Origin: Heteronotia binoei
Lineage: Eukaryota
NCBI RefSeq assembly: GCF_032191835.1
Contig: NC_083234.1
Location: forward strand, 46,624,001 to 46,688,000
Length of the DNA: 64,000 bases
Direction of reading: 5' to 3'
The notes beneath the pieces were generated by a model. The model was not told the origin of the DNA, did not search any database, and saw only the letters and a list, made by a program, of their open reading frames with translations. Below are positions 13,419 to 28,400 of this stretch, one piece after another (within the stretch, counting starts at the first letter, position 1; every line of letters starts with the position of its first letter). The position numbers and the translations under genes are program-made.

Positions 13419-13975
13419 AATAAAACAGCTTATAAGGTGTCAGATGGTTGTTCCCCCTGCCTTTAACGGCAGCCTGACATACGGGAATCAAATAGGGTGG
13501 ATTCCCCACCCCAGCATGGAGATAAAGTGATGGGAAAAGAGTTCGCCTGCTAATTTTGTAACAGGTCAGGCTGCCTTAAAGGCGCACACATACAGAACCA
13601 GTAAGAACCATGGCAGTCTTTTTGGGGTGTGTGGTAACACTTCTCATCCTACTTGAATGGTATAGTATATTGTTCATTACCTCACAAGGGATGTTTCTGG
13701 AAACACAGGCAATGATTAACTTGATATACCATCTGTCTTAATTTTGTTTATTTGGGGGTGGGGTTTATAACTGTATTTTGTATATGTACTGTATTTGTTT
13801 TTATACTTTTTTATTTTCCAGATAATTATAAAATAAAATACACATGGCATGCTTCTTATTCTATGGTTTGGCCTGAATTACAATTTAAAGATTAGCTGCT
13901 GTGTTGTGGAATTGGTACAAAGTTGTAATTTCAGTTATAAGAGTGACCAGGCCCATTCTTGGATGCATTAATAAA
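13419..13975 (+). terminator. Candidate NEURL3 polyadenylation signals (AATAAA at 13419, 13832, 13970)
   Basis: Hexamers downstream of the stop; the 13832 site follows a U-rich, TGTA-rich stretch. Confidence 0.5.
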
Positions 13976-15874
13976 AATACTGATTGAAACAGTCTAAGAA
14001 TGTAAGAAAAGCCCTTTCTGCATCAACTGAAAGGGCATCCCATTTCTAATGGGTCTGGGTAGATACTATCAGGCATCCCAAAACAAGGCATGCGAGACAA
14101 ATAACTTTCCTTATCATTCCCCAAACTCCCCCATACTAAGCAACTAGTAACAAGACATGTTTCTTCCCCCCCCCACAACCCTCTCAAGACAGCTTCTAAT
14201 AAAAGAATAAAGCCGTGCCATTAGGATCAAACAACTGCTGCTGCTCCATGAATGGGGCCTTGTTCTCAGCCCTTCCCTCATACCAGCCTCCTGCAGCAGG
14301 GAGGGAGAGAACAAGGTCCCTTTGATGAAGGAGTAGCAGCAGCCAGATTGGTTGTATACTCTTATTATCTTGTTCAACTGCAACGATTTTATTATTTTAT
14401 TGTGAGAATCTGAGTTGGCACTGTTGTTGCCTATTGATTCAGTATAGCTTAGACCATATGAAGGAAGGATCAGGAAGAAAAATCAATCCACAGAGCAATT
14501 AAGTACAAAGTTATGTAAGCATATCTACTTCTATTATGCAAGTTTATTTGTTAAATAGGAGGTGGAAGGTTACATTTTGTAGTACTTAGGTCTGGTCTGT
14601 ACCTGCAGAGTTGACAGAGTGCTAATAATCAAAGTGTCAACTATTGAGAAGGAATTACGTCTTTCACAGTTCTCATATATAGGAGAGTTAGGACATGTTA
14701 ATTTTTTTTTTATTTGAAGGTTTGAGTTTCGAGTCAGCCTCAAAAGCTCTTTTGTGATTAGGCCAGCCCCTCTTTCTCTCAGGCACAGCCTACCTCATAT
14801 GGTTGTTGTGAGGATAAGATGTAAAGAATGGTAAAGAAAAGTGGCATAGAAATATCTAAATAAAAATTATCCCCCTCCCCAATAATACTTATACTTTTAA
14901 GTAGAAAGCATAGGTCATTTGAGTAAGTTCTCGGCACAGACTATTCTGAAAAAAGTCTCCAGTGACAAGCATGCCTTCAGCTTTAAGCAGAGATTAAAAA
15001 GATGAGTCACACAAGGCCTTACAAGATGAAGATGATACGCTGCCAAGTTAAATACAAAGCACGTTTGGCAGACCACAGAAATGAGATCATAAAGGGATGT
15101 GGAAATTTACCCTGAGACAATATTACCGTGAGACAATGATAATCACATGAACTCTGTGCTCTGCTTACACTGCATTCTGGCTACTGCATTAGAATGCAGC
15201 CAAGGGGGGCACTTCTCAAATCCCATTTCCCCCCTCATGTATCAAGGCTGTGTGGATCACAGAAAAATTAAAGATTCACCCATGTCTGTGTAGAGAACGT
15301 TTTTGCTTGTATAGCTAGTCTAGAGCCCTGTTCACAATCATTCATTTTATCCACAGAGGGCCCTTTGCCAAGTCAATCTGAAGGTGTAGAACAGGAAATA
15401 CCAATTTGAATAGACTAGTGTAGATTAAATAAAGGGGGAAATTCCTTTGTTGGTAAAACAATTAGGAAAAAGGGCAGTAAAACAGGATTAGATAATTGTA
15501 GTTTAAAAGCAGAAAAGTTAAAAGTTAACATTTAGATAAGTCAGGGCAGAAGTTAAAATGAAGTAGAAATTGAGAGCCAAGTGAAAACAGGTGCTAGCCC
15601 AGTCAGGAGAGTTACACAGGAATTACTGTACATTATAAACAGCCTATGTAACTCACCAGTTAACACAATCCTATGGAGAGAGAAAGCCAAATTAAGCTGC
15701 AAGTTACAGGTCAGTTCTGCCACTGGACACATAAAAAAATTCTCAGCAGACCCATCCCCTTCACCAAATGCCTCACCAAACTCAAAATCCCCAATGTACA
15801 GCAGTTAAAAGAACCTGCCACATACAAGCTGTAAGCATTTCCATCAGGGGTTTACAGAAGCTACACAGAGTAGT

Positions 15875-15880
15875 TTTATT
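15875..15880 (-). terminator. NCAPH polyadenylation signal AATAAA
   Basis: tttatt on + strand, ~470 nt downstream of the NCAPH stop. Confidence 0.55.
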
Positions 15881-16344
15881 GTTTTTTTAAAGGCATCTGT
15901 ATAAATATATAAAATCAATTACAGTAAAAGAATGAGTATAAAAAGGAGACAAGTTAGCTTTCTGTGTACAGGAAGTTGGATGCACATGTTTAAAAGCAAA
16001 CTAAATACACCCAGTTTTCTATTATGACTGTGGGGGTAACACTGGCGCAAAATGCTCACGGACCACAGCACACAACTCATCTAGCCCCAGAAAGGGAAGA
16101 TGTAGACTTCAGAAGAGGGTCAAAACCATGATGGAACTCTTGAATAGGCACACTTTTCACTCACTTGGCCATGATTCCAAACTTCCATGTATTCATAAAA
16201 TCTCCCAGAACTGCTGGACATGGTGTGCTGTTCTCATTAGCATTTCCAGGAGGTAGAACAGCAGCTGTGGATGGTTCAGGCCATACATCTCTTGCTGGCA
16301 GACAAACCCTCTTACAAAATCTTATCCTTCCCAAGTGGCAAATG

Positions 16345-16404
16345 TTAGTCTCCTTGTGCCACGATGACTTCAGACAAATCCTCAACCCCTTCCAACTTCA
16401 GGTT
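16345..16404 (-). CDS. NCAPH: NCAPH exon 18 (terminal coding exon)
   Basis: [19 protein letters not shown]. Confidence 0.95.
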   Translation of the reverse strand, partial: NLKLEGVEDLSEVIVAQGD

Positions 16405-19400
16405 CTGGAGACAAGAAATAAGAATAGATATTTCACTTTAAAACCATCATGTACAGTTTCATACTCAGTATTACAAGTAGTTCAGTTGATAACTTACATA
16501 TTTCTTAGAACAAAGGTATCTAAAGCCATATCCCTGATCATGTGGCTACTAGCCATAGATGTCTATTATTCCACTTAAAAACATTTTAAAATTCATCTTT
16601 TAGCATTCTACCAGATCTTAATAACTACCAAGCCTTAAAAGTGTGTGTGGGGGGGGCGGGGCTGACAGTTTAAAAAGGTCATAGCTATTGAGAGTGTGCA
16701 CCACAGGGTCCAGCAGCAGTTTGAGAGGAGAGGCAGCCAAGAACCTAGCAGCAAGTGCAGTGAACCGTGGCATACAAGAGACCATAGCAACAAGTAGTAG
16801 CAACAAGTAATTGGAAAAGGGCTGTCCCAGAGGGAGAGCAATGGAGGGCACAGTGGCACGAGAGGGACATGGCTGTTTAAATTGTTCCCCCACAACCATC
16901 ACAGTGCTGAATGCAGAGGCCTGGAACAAAGAGGCGGGCAACAAGCAGGTACAGCCACGAGATGAGGGAAGTGGCTAGCAACTGCTGGGGGACTGCTGTG
17001 CTTCAACCCTGTGGGGGATTCTCATACCTTGAAAGGCTCTGGGACAAGGGACTGGGCAGGGCTTCAGACTTTGGGAGAGGAATAGTAGGAGGTGGATTGT
17101 ATGGGACCAATACTTGTATAAATGTATCGGAAACTTAAAGTGGAGTGGCCAAGGAAGAAGAGATTGGATTTATACCCCACCCTTCACTCAGAGTCTCAGA
17201 GCAATTTACAATCTCTTTCCCCTCCCCACAACAGACACCCTGTGAGGTAGGTGGGGCTGAGAGAGCTCTTTCAAGAACTGATCGAGAGAGCAGCTCTGCA
17301 AGAACTGTGGCTGATCCAAGGTCACCCAGCAGGTGCCCATGGAGGAGTGGGGAATCAAACCTGATTCTTCCAGATAGAGTCCACATGCTTAACCACTACA
17401 CCAAACGGGAGGAATCAGGCAAGATGGCCGCTGCTGGAGTATATGGGGGATCCCTGGTCTGAGGCTAAACTTCACACATACCTTTTCGTTGGCCAAGTGC
17501 AAGAGGCAAGCAAATGCCAATGGAATAGAAAGGTTTTTTGCCATAACAGAAGGCATCCTGAAAGACACAGAAAAACAGAGCAGGATTCAGACAATAGCCT
17601 TTTCAGAGCTGAAGGCAGCATGATGGAAGGTTACTGTTCATGTTGTACTTGCTCATTTTTCCAGCTTTGACTCTTGTAAACCAATTTAACAGAGTTTTGT
17701 ATTGTTCAAAAACCTGTTTGATCCCAGATATCAGAGGAGCAAGAGAAATCCTAAACCATTATGAACCCGCCCAACTATTACGGTCATCTTTGGCGGCCCA
17801 CCTTCTGAGATTAGATAAGAGGTAACCTGGGAGAGGGCCTCCTTGGTCATGGCACCAGAACTCTGGACCTCTCTCCCTAGGGAGAGTCATCTGTCCTTTT
17901 CTATTGCCATTTTCTGCCAGTGGGTGAAAACTTTTTTGTTGTGGCATTCCCACAATGATCTCTCCTTCCTAGCCAATGTCTTGTATTCATTTTAACTGTT
18001 TTATATGCATGTAAACTCTGTTTTTCTAAAACTCTTTTGAAAGAGGCATGTTTGGAGAGTTTATTGTAATGGCTTTCATAATGGATTTCATTGTTAGCTG
18101 CCTTTATAAATAAATAAATGTGCTCCATACAAAGCAAACTGTCTCAAACTACTTTTGTTTGCTTCTTTTAAGAAAGGGGATTATCATTTACTTCTAGTCT
18201 GAGGTTACTTTACACTACTGGCACGCTGGTAGGAAACCAAATCAGAGCAATTATGAAACATGGGACCTTGATCCAGTCATCAATAAGAGCCATCTTAGGT
18301 GGTTCTTTGGGCTAGAATGAGAATAACTGCCACCCCCCAGGCCACCATGCTTGAGTTAATCCTCCATCTACACTAAAAGGATATGGTTAAGGTTTGAGAC
18401 GTTAAGTTCTGCAGCTAGCACTCCACCTTCAGGGACCCAGCTGAAGTCTTTCAGCAGGCTCAGCTGAAAAAAAGGCTTCACTGAGTGGTTGTGCCAATGG
18501 TATTAGCAAAGAGGGATGATACTTAAAGGGGGAATGCATTCTCCAATCTGAGACAGGGGGAACAGTCAGCACCCAGAGAAAACTTAAACAGATCCTTGCA
18601 TCAGCCAGCATTATATGGCCACCCACCCATTTGTGCACAATGGAAGACTGTTATGCAGGACATGAGCAAGTCTGCCTTCCCCCCGGCAACCTCCAGAATA
18701 ACAAATCTGCAACTAAGCATGTCATAAATACCTGTGAAGCAGATCCTTGGTAATGCTGCTGAAGATCTTCCGACCCGCCACTACAGAGAATTCAGAGCTT
18801 TTCTCCAAGGCGACGTGCTGCTCAAGCAAAAGTCAAATTAAGTCAGCTAGTAATCAGATAATGCAGATTCAGTGTGCCTAAGGCCTGGGGGTGTGCCATC
18901 CAAGATGCAAAAACAATAAAGTGGTATTTCTATGCAAAAGCTGGTGCTTTTGGGCAGCTGAGAATAAATGCACCAAGTGGAAGAACTACTACTGGTGTGA
19001 ATCAAAAATGTTTGCCAAGGTAAGATGGCTGAATACAAAGGGGTAGCCAGGTGAGTGTGTTATAGCAAAATAAAACAAAAGTCCAGCAGCGCCTCAAAGA
19101 CTAACAACACTTATTTCAATATGAGCTCTTGTGAGCTGCAGCTCATATCCTCAGATACTGTCACAAAAACTCACATTGAAATAAATGTTGTTGGTCTTTA
19201 AGGTGCCACTGGACTTTTGTTTTAAGATAAATGAATGTCTTTTAAATTCCAGATTAAGGATACTCCGTGAATTCTTGGAGGGCTACAGGAACTCTTCCAG
19301 ACCTATACCACATTTTGTCTTCAACATGACAGTCATGTAAACTTGAGGCATGGAGTTTCAAGATTTCTAATTTGGCACAGCTGAAGATCAGATTCCTGGT

Positions 19401-22400
19401 CTGCTGTGGAGGCCAGTGACCTGAATACTATTCTGGCTTGAATATTTAAGGTCAGTTCAATCCTGAACAAAGTCACACAACAACTGATGAAGGATCTCCT
19501 AGTAGTTCCTAAGGCTGATTGGTACCCACTACAACACAGATGTTTTGGGGTGGCACACATAATGTAAGAGATTGTTATACCTCCTTGCATTCCATGACGC
19601 AGCAAGTACTAGACACAGTTATAGGCAGAAATTCTGTGGGTGCAGATTTCAGGTGAGAATCTCAGTATGCTTGTTTTTTTAAAAAAGCAGGTTGCAAAGA
19701 GATGTTTGAGAGTATTGTCGGTACTGTCTAGTGAAATCTTTGGAACTAGATGAGGAAAGATTAATAAGGTTCTTATGCATCAGCTTATTACCCCTTCCTC
19801 ATGACTAACATAACAGATAATGCAAAGCAGTTTCCTAATTTGCACTTTTCATACAGGTTCCAGGATTCAGCTTTTTCTTGGTGCAGAAATTTGGCATTTA
19901 ATTAAAACACACAGCCCAAAATACAGTAGCTCTGAACAGCACCTTTCTAACACTACTGAGTTAATTTCCTTGTACACTTTGGTAAAGAGGTGGTATGTTA
20001 GTATTGTAAATAAAATAAACAGAAACCTAGAAAAAAAACTAGAAGGCTAGAGATGACAAGTAGTAATCCATGAAGCCAGCTGAGGATAGTATTGGAAAGG
20101 CCTAAGGTGAAGCAAAGGGAATATCTGGGGCCAGCTTTCGGAGCTTCCATGGCTCCTACCTGTTCATCAGTTTGATTGTTCTCAGCACCAGTTAGGAGGC
20201 ACCACATGGCCCGTTTTAACCTCTTCATGTCCATCTTTTTAGCAGTCTTTGCATACTCTATAGCTATCTTGTTGACCTAAAAGAATGGAGGCATGAAGCA
20301 ATAACATTACAGGAATAGTAAAGACTCCTCAGAGACTTTCAAACACAAAAATAAATAAAACATTCAAAGATGCTCTTCATGGCATTCGACCACATGCCTC
20401 TTCCCTCACAAATCTACTGTCTGCCATGCCCACTCAACACAGTCCCCTTCACAGCACGAGATCCTTCATTTAAGGAAAGAAGAATCCAAGCATACAATAC
20501 AAAATGAGGGCTTGGTTTTGGATTCACTTCCAGCAAAGCATGGAATTCAAGCTGGGAGTTTTATTCCAAACTGTTTACACATTATCACTTCTGTTTTCTT
20601 CAACCGTGGCTATAGCGCCAACTAGAATGTTTGTGTTGCAAAGTTTTCTATTCAACACCAACTTATATAGCATGGACTGTAGACAAGTGGGGAGTTGCTT
20701 TGCTTGTGCCCATCCCACATCAGTACTTGCCTTCTGTGGCTCAGCCACAAGGTTGGATTCACCATAGGTGGTGATGTTGAGCCCACCATTGAGATCTGTG
20801 TCTTGGTCTGCTCCTCCTGCAGGATGACCGGTCATTTCAAACATCCCACTTTGGCCCACAAACTCATTGGGATAATCATCGTCGTCACTGTCAGCATCCT
20901 GAACAGAAAGAAACAAAGACAAACTATAAGGCTGAATTCAGGTTGGAGAACTGAAGAACATGGAATTCAGCAGAAAGAGAACTTGAGTATCTACAGTTTG
21001 ATTATTCAGTGACCAAGGCAGTTTTTGCTGGTCCCTGTTAAATAGGCCAGCTTTGTCAGAATCCAACTAACTCTCATTTCTAGAGATTGCCTAGAGGAAG
21101 CAACATAAGTGCCATCTCAAGGAATGCCTATTCTACACCAGCCATCTTTTTAGTGAGTAACCAGGCAGATATTCTTGCATTCAGAAGCATGCAATGAACT
21201 GAAATATGACAGGAACTTAAAGAGACAAAGGCAAACAGCTATTAAATTTATCTGGCACATAGACCATTGCACTCCAGAGAACCTCCCAAAAATCTTCAAA
21301 GACCTTCATCCTACATACAAAATGGTCCTTTAAGATCTTGTGCATCTTCCTGTGGCCAATTAAGCACTGCTCACACCACATCCACAACTAATATAGCAGG
21401 TACAGTATAGAAATAGGATATATATATTTAAAAATTGAGAATGAGATGCCTCTTGGGGTTTTTAATGTCTTTTATCAGTTTGGAATGGATTTTTAAAGAA
21501 TACTTGCAGGCGCACACAAATATCATCCAAAAACAGATCCATCTGTGCTTAAAAGAATTCAGGATCCAGTTACAAGAATATACCAAGCTACAGAGATGAC
21601 ACATTCTCCTCACATGCCTGCATTTGTAGGAACCCATCCACACCCAGAAGAAAGACTATTACTCAACAGATTTACCACAGTGGGACTGACAACCCCTTGA
21701 TGAAGCCAGCAGGCAGTGCAATTCTAGCAGTCCAGGCTGGCTCCTTCAGTAGTTTGCTGATACATGTTCTAGCCATCACCCACGTAGGTTCTATTACCCA
21801 GTATGAAGGCTGCCAAAGTTTTGCTAAGATTAGTACAATGAGATAAGAAATTCACAGGAGGGAACACCTTCAGTCTTTGCAACCTCACCTGCAATGCAGG
21901 ACAGAAATTGGAGATATCATTGGGATTGTTGTAATCATACTCTCCAACTTCATCGTCATGACTTGGTGACTTGGCCTTTAGTGGCATTTTCCAAAGCTGC
22001 CAAAAAAAAAAAAAAAACAGGACAAAAAAGAGAGAAGTCACTAGGACAAGACAGAATCAAAGTAATGTAGGCTCAGATATGTCAGTTCACAATAGTCAGC
22101 AATTCTTCTGGTAAGTGTAGGCTGATGTTGGCCAAATCAAGCTAAGAAATAGTAGAAAGACACCCAGCCAAGGTGGGAGTCAACCCCAGTAGGTAAAGCT
22201 TACCTTACAGGCTGGTTTGAGGAAGAGGCAGGTAAGATTGCTTGGATCATAATGGAAGTCTTTTGGGAGTGTGTTGAATTTTTTGTTCTGACTTTCAAGT
22301 GTTGCTAGGGCCAGAGTTGTAGCTACCTGTTTGGGAATATCAAATGCCAACAATCAAGCATTTCCATATTGGTACCACACTTTTAAAAAATTCTGCACAG

Positions 22401-25400
22401 GAGCCCATGTGACAAGCAAAAGAGGCATCATCAACACAAGTGTTCTGGGAAGCAGTTCCAGGCCTAAGGGACAGGAAGGGAGAAAGCATGCAGTCATTTA
22501 AGAAGACAAAAGATCTTCAGATGGAGGTGGGTGGCTGGACTGGAGGAGCAGAAGTAACGGACAGGGGAGTAGGCCACAGAGGGCTCTGAACACCTACCCT
22601 TGTTTCACAGAAATGAAGCTCAAACTTAATCTCCTCATCAAAATTTATTTCCAAGACTTTTTTTGCAGTCTTCCTTTTGTTTACCTTCTCAGAGCTAGTA
22701 TCACCTACAAAGAGTAAAAAGGAAGGTACAATACAGAGCAGCTGAGAGAAGATGTGACTGCACCTGCTATATACTATTCCCTTATTTTATTAGGTTATGC
22801 TGCTTTTGTCTCATGGATACTTTAAAAATGCAAGTTAGTACAATTGTTTAAGTCTCTTCATATATAAATATATATATATATATAAGATATATATAAAATT
22901 TATAAATACACCCCCTGCACCCACCCCCTTTCCAGATGGGGACAGGCTAGTGTTGTCATCCTGTTGCTGTCACAGTGACAGCAAGGCTTCCACATGGCAG
23001 ATTTTCCCAGTTTCCCTGCTCCAGTCCCCCCAGCAGCAACTATTCCCTATCCTTTGTGCCACCAGGACTTTTTCAGTGGTTTTTTTTTTTAATGTAGCAA
23101 TTGAATATTGTTACAATGATATAACAATCTGTGTATCAGTTTCTCTGAACTCCCACCTTCTTTTTAAAAGTCCCTTTCCTCTTAATTGTGGATGTATCCT
23201 TTTCCTTTATCTCTGCCACAAAAGGGGCTAGAGACTTCCTTTAAAAAAAAAAGGGCTGGGAATTCATCAAGTTTGATATGCATACTATTACAACATTATA
23301 ATGCTATTTAACTGCCAATTAAGAACAGAGAAAGCTCCCCCCTGTGTGGCAGGAAAAGGAAATGGCTGCTGTAGGACAGTGAAAATGGCTGCCATGTATA
23401 CAATACTGGAAAAATCTAAACTTCCAAACAACCAGTATGGAAATGACCACTGCCTCTGAATTACCAAGCTTCTGTATGAAATAACAATGATCTCCAAGAA
23501 CTAATTCTTTAAAGCATTCACTTTCCACTTAGAAAAAACGTAATCATTTCTTTCCTGGCTCATGAACACTTGCTAAGATGAAAACCAGAAATTTTACCAT
23601 ACAGATGCCTGCTTTTCTACAGACCAGCAGATATCTGATCCAATGCTCTTTTCATACCTTTATGGCGAGGCTTGAAACGCCAGTGTTCTGGGCCTGCCCA
23701 CATGAACATGGTTCGGGGGCTGAAATAAGAGTACTCGCTGGGATTCATGGACAAATGAAGGCACATGGACCCAATGTCTCCTTCCCCCAGGGAAAGCACA
23801 TCTCTTCTGCAAAAAGCACACAGTCACACTTACACACTACAATGGAGAGAAAATTTTACAAGCTCAACCACATCTCTTACCACAATTGATTACACTTGCA
23901 TCCCACACATTCTTTAAAGTGGTGACACGTGGCTCACCTGCCATTTTATTCCTTGCACTCTCGTACTGCAGAGAATGAACAATTCTGTATAAGTTTCCTA
24001 TGAGATCAATGAATGCAGTGGTTCAGCCCTGAACATACCTTGAGGATCCTGGAGTTACCCTACAGGCTTCCAACTTTTCTGAGAACTCCCCAAGATCCTT
24101 TGCAGTTGTCCTGTCTAGTATGTCTGCATCAAAGTCATCATCTGCTGGGCCCTCAGCATTGTCCACAGAGTCACTATCAGCCTCCACATTGATATCAAAC
24201 ACCTGGTCACTCTTTTTAAATTTTTCCAACAGAGCTGAAACTGACTGAAGAGAAAAGAGGCAGGGGAGTCAAAATGAAAGATTTTTGTGAAACACAGACA
24301 GCCACCCATAAGATATATATAAAATCTGACTGTAGATCTATGAAATCAGGAATAAAAGAGTTTGGCTTCTGCCAAACATACTTAAGAACCATGGCAAGTA
24401 TCAAACCAAGCATACACAGAAACTGCTTTTCAGACATTCCTTCCTATTCCAGCAACCTCTCCCAAAACACAAAAGGTGTTAAGGGACTCACAAGTACAGC
24501 TGTGTGAGGTGGTACACTGCAATAAGGAAAAGGTGAAATTGCCCACTCTTGTCAGCAAAGCTGTGTTTATTGAAGACATTTTACCTCCTTTTCTCTCCTC
24601 CCTACATCACCCAAACTCACTCAGCTATTCCTTTCTGTGGATCCTGTGATTTTTTACAGGGGTCATAAGTGGTTTTAGGCAACAGAGAGGAGTAAGGAGG
24701 GAGAATCAGAGCTCCGTGTGCAGATGACTGGATACACACCTGTGTGAAACTGCTTATCCTATGGTTCAGAAAATGTTTAGCAATAAAAAGTTATGGTAAG
24801 AAATTTGAGCCCAAGGAAAATACACCATGATATGAACAAAAAGAGATCTGAGGTCAAAACTCATAGGGTGCATTCACTCGTCTCACTTGGTGCAAAAGCA
24901 ACAGTCAGTTTTGACATACCTCGTTATGGGTCTCACTGTCCCACTCAGTAAATAGGAAGCCAGCCAGAGAAGGGCAAATTGTGCGCTTTTCAACCCCCTG
25001 CAGAAGGATTTCTACAAAAGGATCACCAAGAAGTTTGAAATTAGCAGCCATTCAGATTCCCCATGTTATATGATCTTCAAAAGAAGTGCTGTCAATTGGG
25101 ATAAAGTCCAGTGTGTGGGGGTGGGCTGGCTTAATCCTGCCGCCACTGCTACATGGAATGGAATACTTTGCTGGGCTCCCAGATCTGGGTATGTTTAACT
25201 GGGGGATTGGTGTCCTGCCTCTCCCTTCTTCTCCTCAGCTTCTACTCTCTTGTCCTGACAGACCCAGATGCCTTCACCAATAACTACCGGTACTCTTTCT
25301 CAGCCATCTGCAGAGGATAAGCAAAAACTGTTTTCTTTGACTATCCCAAACTTTTTAGGTCTGCATGTGGCCTCCTACGGCTTCTCCCCCCTAAGTAAAA

Positions 25401-28400
25401 GCGAAACACTGGTTGAAGTTCCTCTCAAACACTTATCTTCTATTGTAAGGTGGGAAAAGTGTATGTGGACAAGGGAAACAGGAAGCACCAGCCAACCCCC
25501 CATCCACCATTCCTTTCCTCTCCACAGTAGGGAATTTAGTATGTAGTTTAGAACACAAACCTTGTTCAGTAGGAAGATCTACCCAGACATGGGATGTATA
25601 CACACCCTAATCCAAGGATCCCCAGTGTGGTGCCCATGGGTGCCATGGCACCTGCCAGCACCTGGTGGGGCTTTTGCCCAGCAAGGTTTGTGACTAGCTG
25701 TGCAGATTTTAAAAATGTTTCCATGGAAGCAGCTGTCGCCACAGTACAAGGATCTTCATTGTGTGACTGACGATAAGCTAAGGCAGCCATTCTATGGCTG
25801 GCCCCACCTCCTGCAGAAACTATTTTGCAGCAGCCATTTTTGGCTGTGCCTGCTGCAGTGTCAGAATTCCAAAAGCGCCCACAGGCTCCAAAAGATTGGC
25901 AACCCTGCCGTAATCTTATGACGAGATTTGCTTAAAGTATGCAGAAATGAACCTGATTAATAACATACCCCCTGAAATGAACTTTGGGATCTCATTGCTT
26001 GGAGTAAGGTAGAAAACTAAAGAAAGTCACAGTGTTTGGATGTTATACTACTGATGACATAAAATGGCCTCTGGCTCACTCCCTCCCAGTTATACAACCT
26101 ATTCAAGGGCAAAAAAGGCCTAGATACAGCTACTGAGGCTCTTTTTGCCAATGAACATTTTGTACTGAACATCTTTATTATCTGTGTTAGAGTCTAATTC
26201 TTGTTGAGCCACAACAGGAACAAATTTTTGACTAAAAATTGGAATAAAAATGTAATTAGGAAAAAAAACCACAGAAACATTAACGAGAACAAGAAGGAAA
26301 CATAGGAGAGCCAGCAGCTGCTGGCACCTACCTTTTAAGTCTACCATTTTCATATGAGAAGAACTTGGTAACTCAGAAGTTTCAGAAGAAGGGAGGGGTG
26401 TGACCATAGAATCAAAGAGGATTTCACTGAGGTAGTTGTGTGTGTGAAGTGTGGTAAGGAAGACACCAGCTGTACTGCACTCATCAAAAGAGGTTGCAGT
26501 CTTCTGGAATATTGGATCAACCTGAGCATAAAAACCAAGAATTTCCCAGATTTTACATCGAATTAAAATAAACTTCAAAACCACTGTTTCACAATCATTA
26601 TTTAGTGCAGAAATATTATGCTATGCATTCTGATACACTGCCAGGAGAAGATAAAAGTAAAAGCCTAAGTACAGTGAAAGCAAATTACACAGCAAGAGGA
26701 CAAATATGTCCATTTACAGCCATCATTGGGAGAGAGGAAAACGTCTCTTCTTCTCCTGCTGTCTATATTGCAAATATTTTGCTCAAACTGTTATTGCTGT
26801 CATGCTATTAAACAATGGAAGTGATTTAACCAGTTAAGAAGGGAGAGACCAGGTTAAATTTACAAAATGTTTATGCTACCTAAAATATGAACATGCATGT
26901 TTTTGAGTTCCTGAAATACAAATTCCTTCAGAAAAATAAAACAAATGTGCCCTTTACTCCAGTCCTGACCGATTAAAAATTGACCTCCATCGATCAGCTC
27001 AACTAGGAATTAAACTGATTGAAACATGCAGCCCTATTATTTGTAAGAAAACGCAGAAACAAAAACAAAAAATCCCCACAGAATAAGAAGCCTTTTTGTG
27101 TCACAGCACTACAATGCTTTGAATGCCAGGAAAAGCCAGGCATAAGTATCTTGATACATAGAAACTTGCCAGAAGTCTTGCTTCGAACATCGTCAGGGAC
27201 ATGCCCTTATCAAGTACTGACCACAGCCTGCAGGTTTGCCAAACTTTACAGTGAAGCAGTATTCCTTTCACTAGATGGACATGTTTGGTCCATGCCAAGA
27301 GAGAGCGCTCTCTCTTTTCTCTCTCCCTCCCCCAAATTTCATTCTCATCCTCTTCGATCAATCCTCAGTTTTTGCTGTAAGTAAAAAAGCACTTCAGAAA
27401 GTCTAGAAACAAAAAACAAATCTTCCAAATAGGTAAAATTACCTCACATCTATGATCTGTGTCAGAGACATTAATGTTATTCAGATTCTGCTCTATCGTT
27501 TTGTACAGGTGCTTCCTCTTGCTTGGAGGCTTCTTTCCACTCACAGAATCCACATCTCCGCCTAGAAGAATGGGCATATAGAACATTCAAACAAGGCTTA
27601 AGAAGAAATCTGGCACAAATAATCTCCACACCTATCTCACAAACAAGTATTTTGTTCAAGTCACTAGTGAGATCTTACATCTTTAAGGCAAAGGCATCAC
27701 CTCCATTATGTTTTGCCAGCTACATAGAAAACTGTGTCTTGCAGAAAAAGAGGTCTATTAATGGTAAGATCATCCACCACTGCTTCTGCACTTTTATGTT
27801 TAAGACAGACACACACAGGGCGATCTATAACATGCTGTAGGAAAGTTTAATCTCTAGTCACAGCATTAGTCCAATCTAGTTCAGTACTGTCTATTTTAAC
27901 TGGCAGCAGCTTTCATCATAAAAAGGTCTTTTTCTAATCTGCTATTGGAGATTTTTTTTAAAAAAAGGTCTATGATAGACTGAACCTATATCCCTGTGCA
28001 TAAAATATGTGTGCTATATCACTGAAATACGAGCAGGCCCAATACAGACCATTCCCATTCCTAACCATATGCTCATTTGATCACATGAAGACACTCACTT
28101 GTATCTTGGTCACCGACAGGTTCTGCTGGGGCAGAGTCTTTGCCTATTCCTCCAAGAACCCTGTAGACATCTCCATGGACAGCATCAACTCTCACAGAAT
28201 AGATCTTTGTACTGGCATCCAAGGTACCAGCTGCTATCTGTAAGGGGAAACTTACAGTTAGAATGGAGCTTCTCCAGTCTGAAGAACCCAGAGGCTACAA
28301 AGGGCGCTCATAACAAGCCACACACTGACCTGACAATTAATGCAAAACCAACACGTTAAGAGAGCCCCACTGTAATTGCACACTGGCAGCAAACAGGAGC

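Noticed and set aside
17340-17406. tRNA-like A/B boxes
   Set aside because: Head of a SINE; no complete cloverleaf or anticodon arm.
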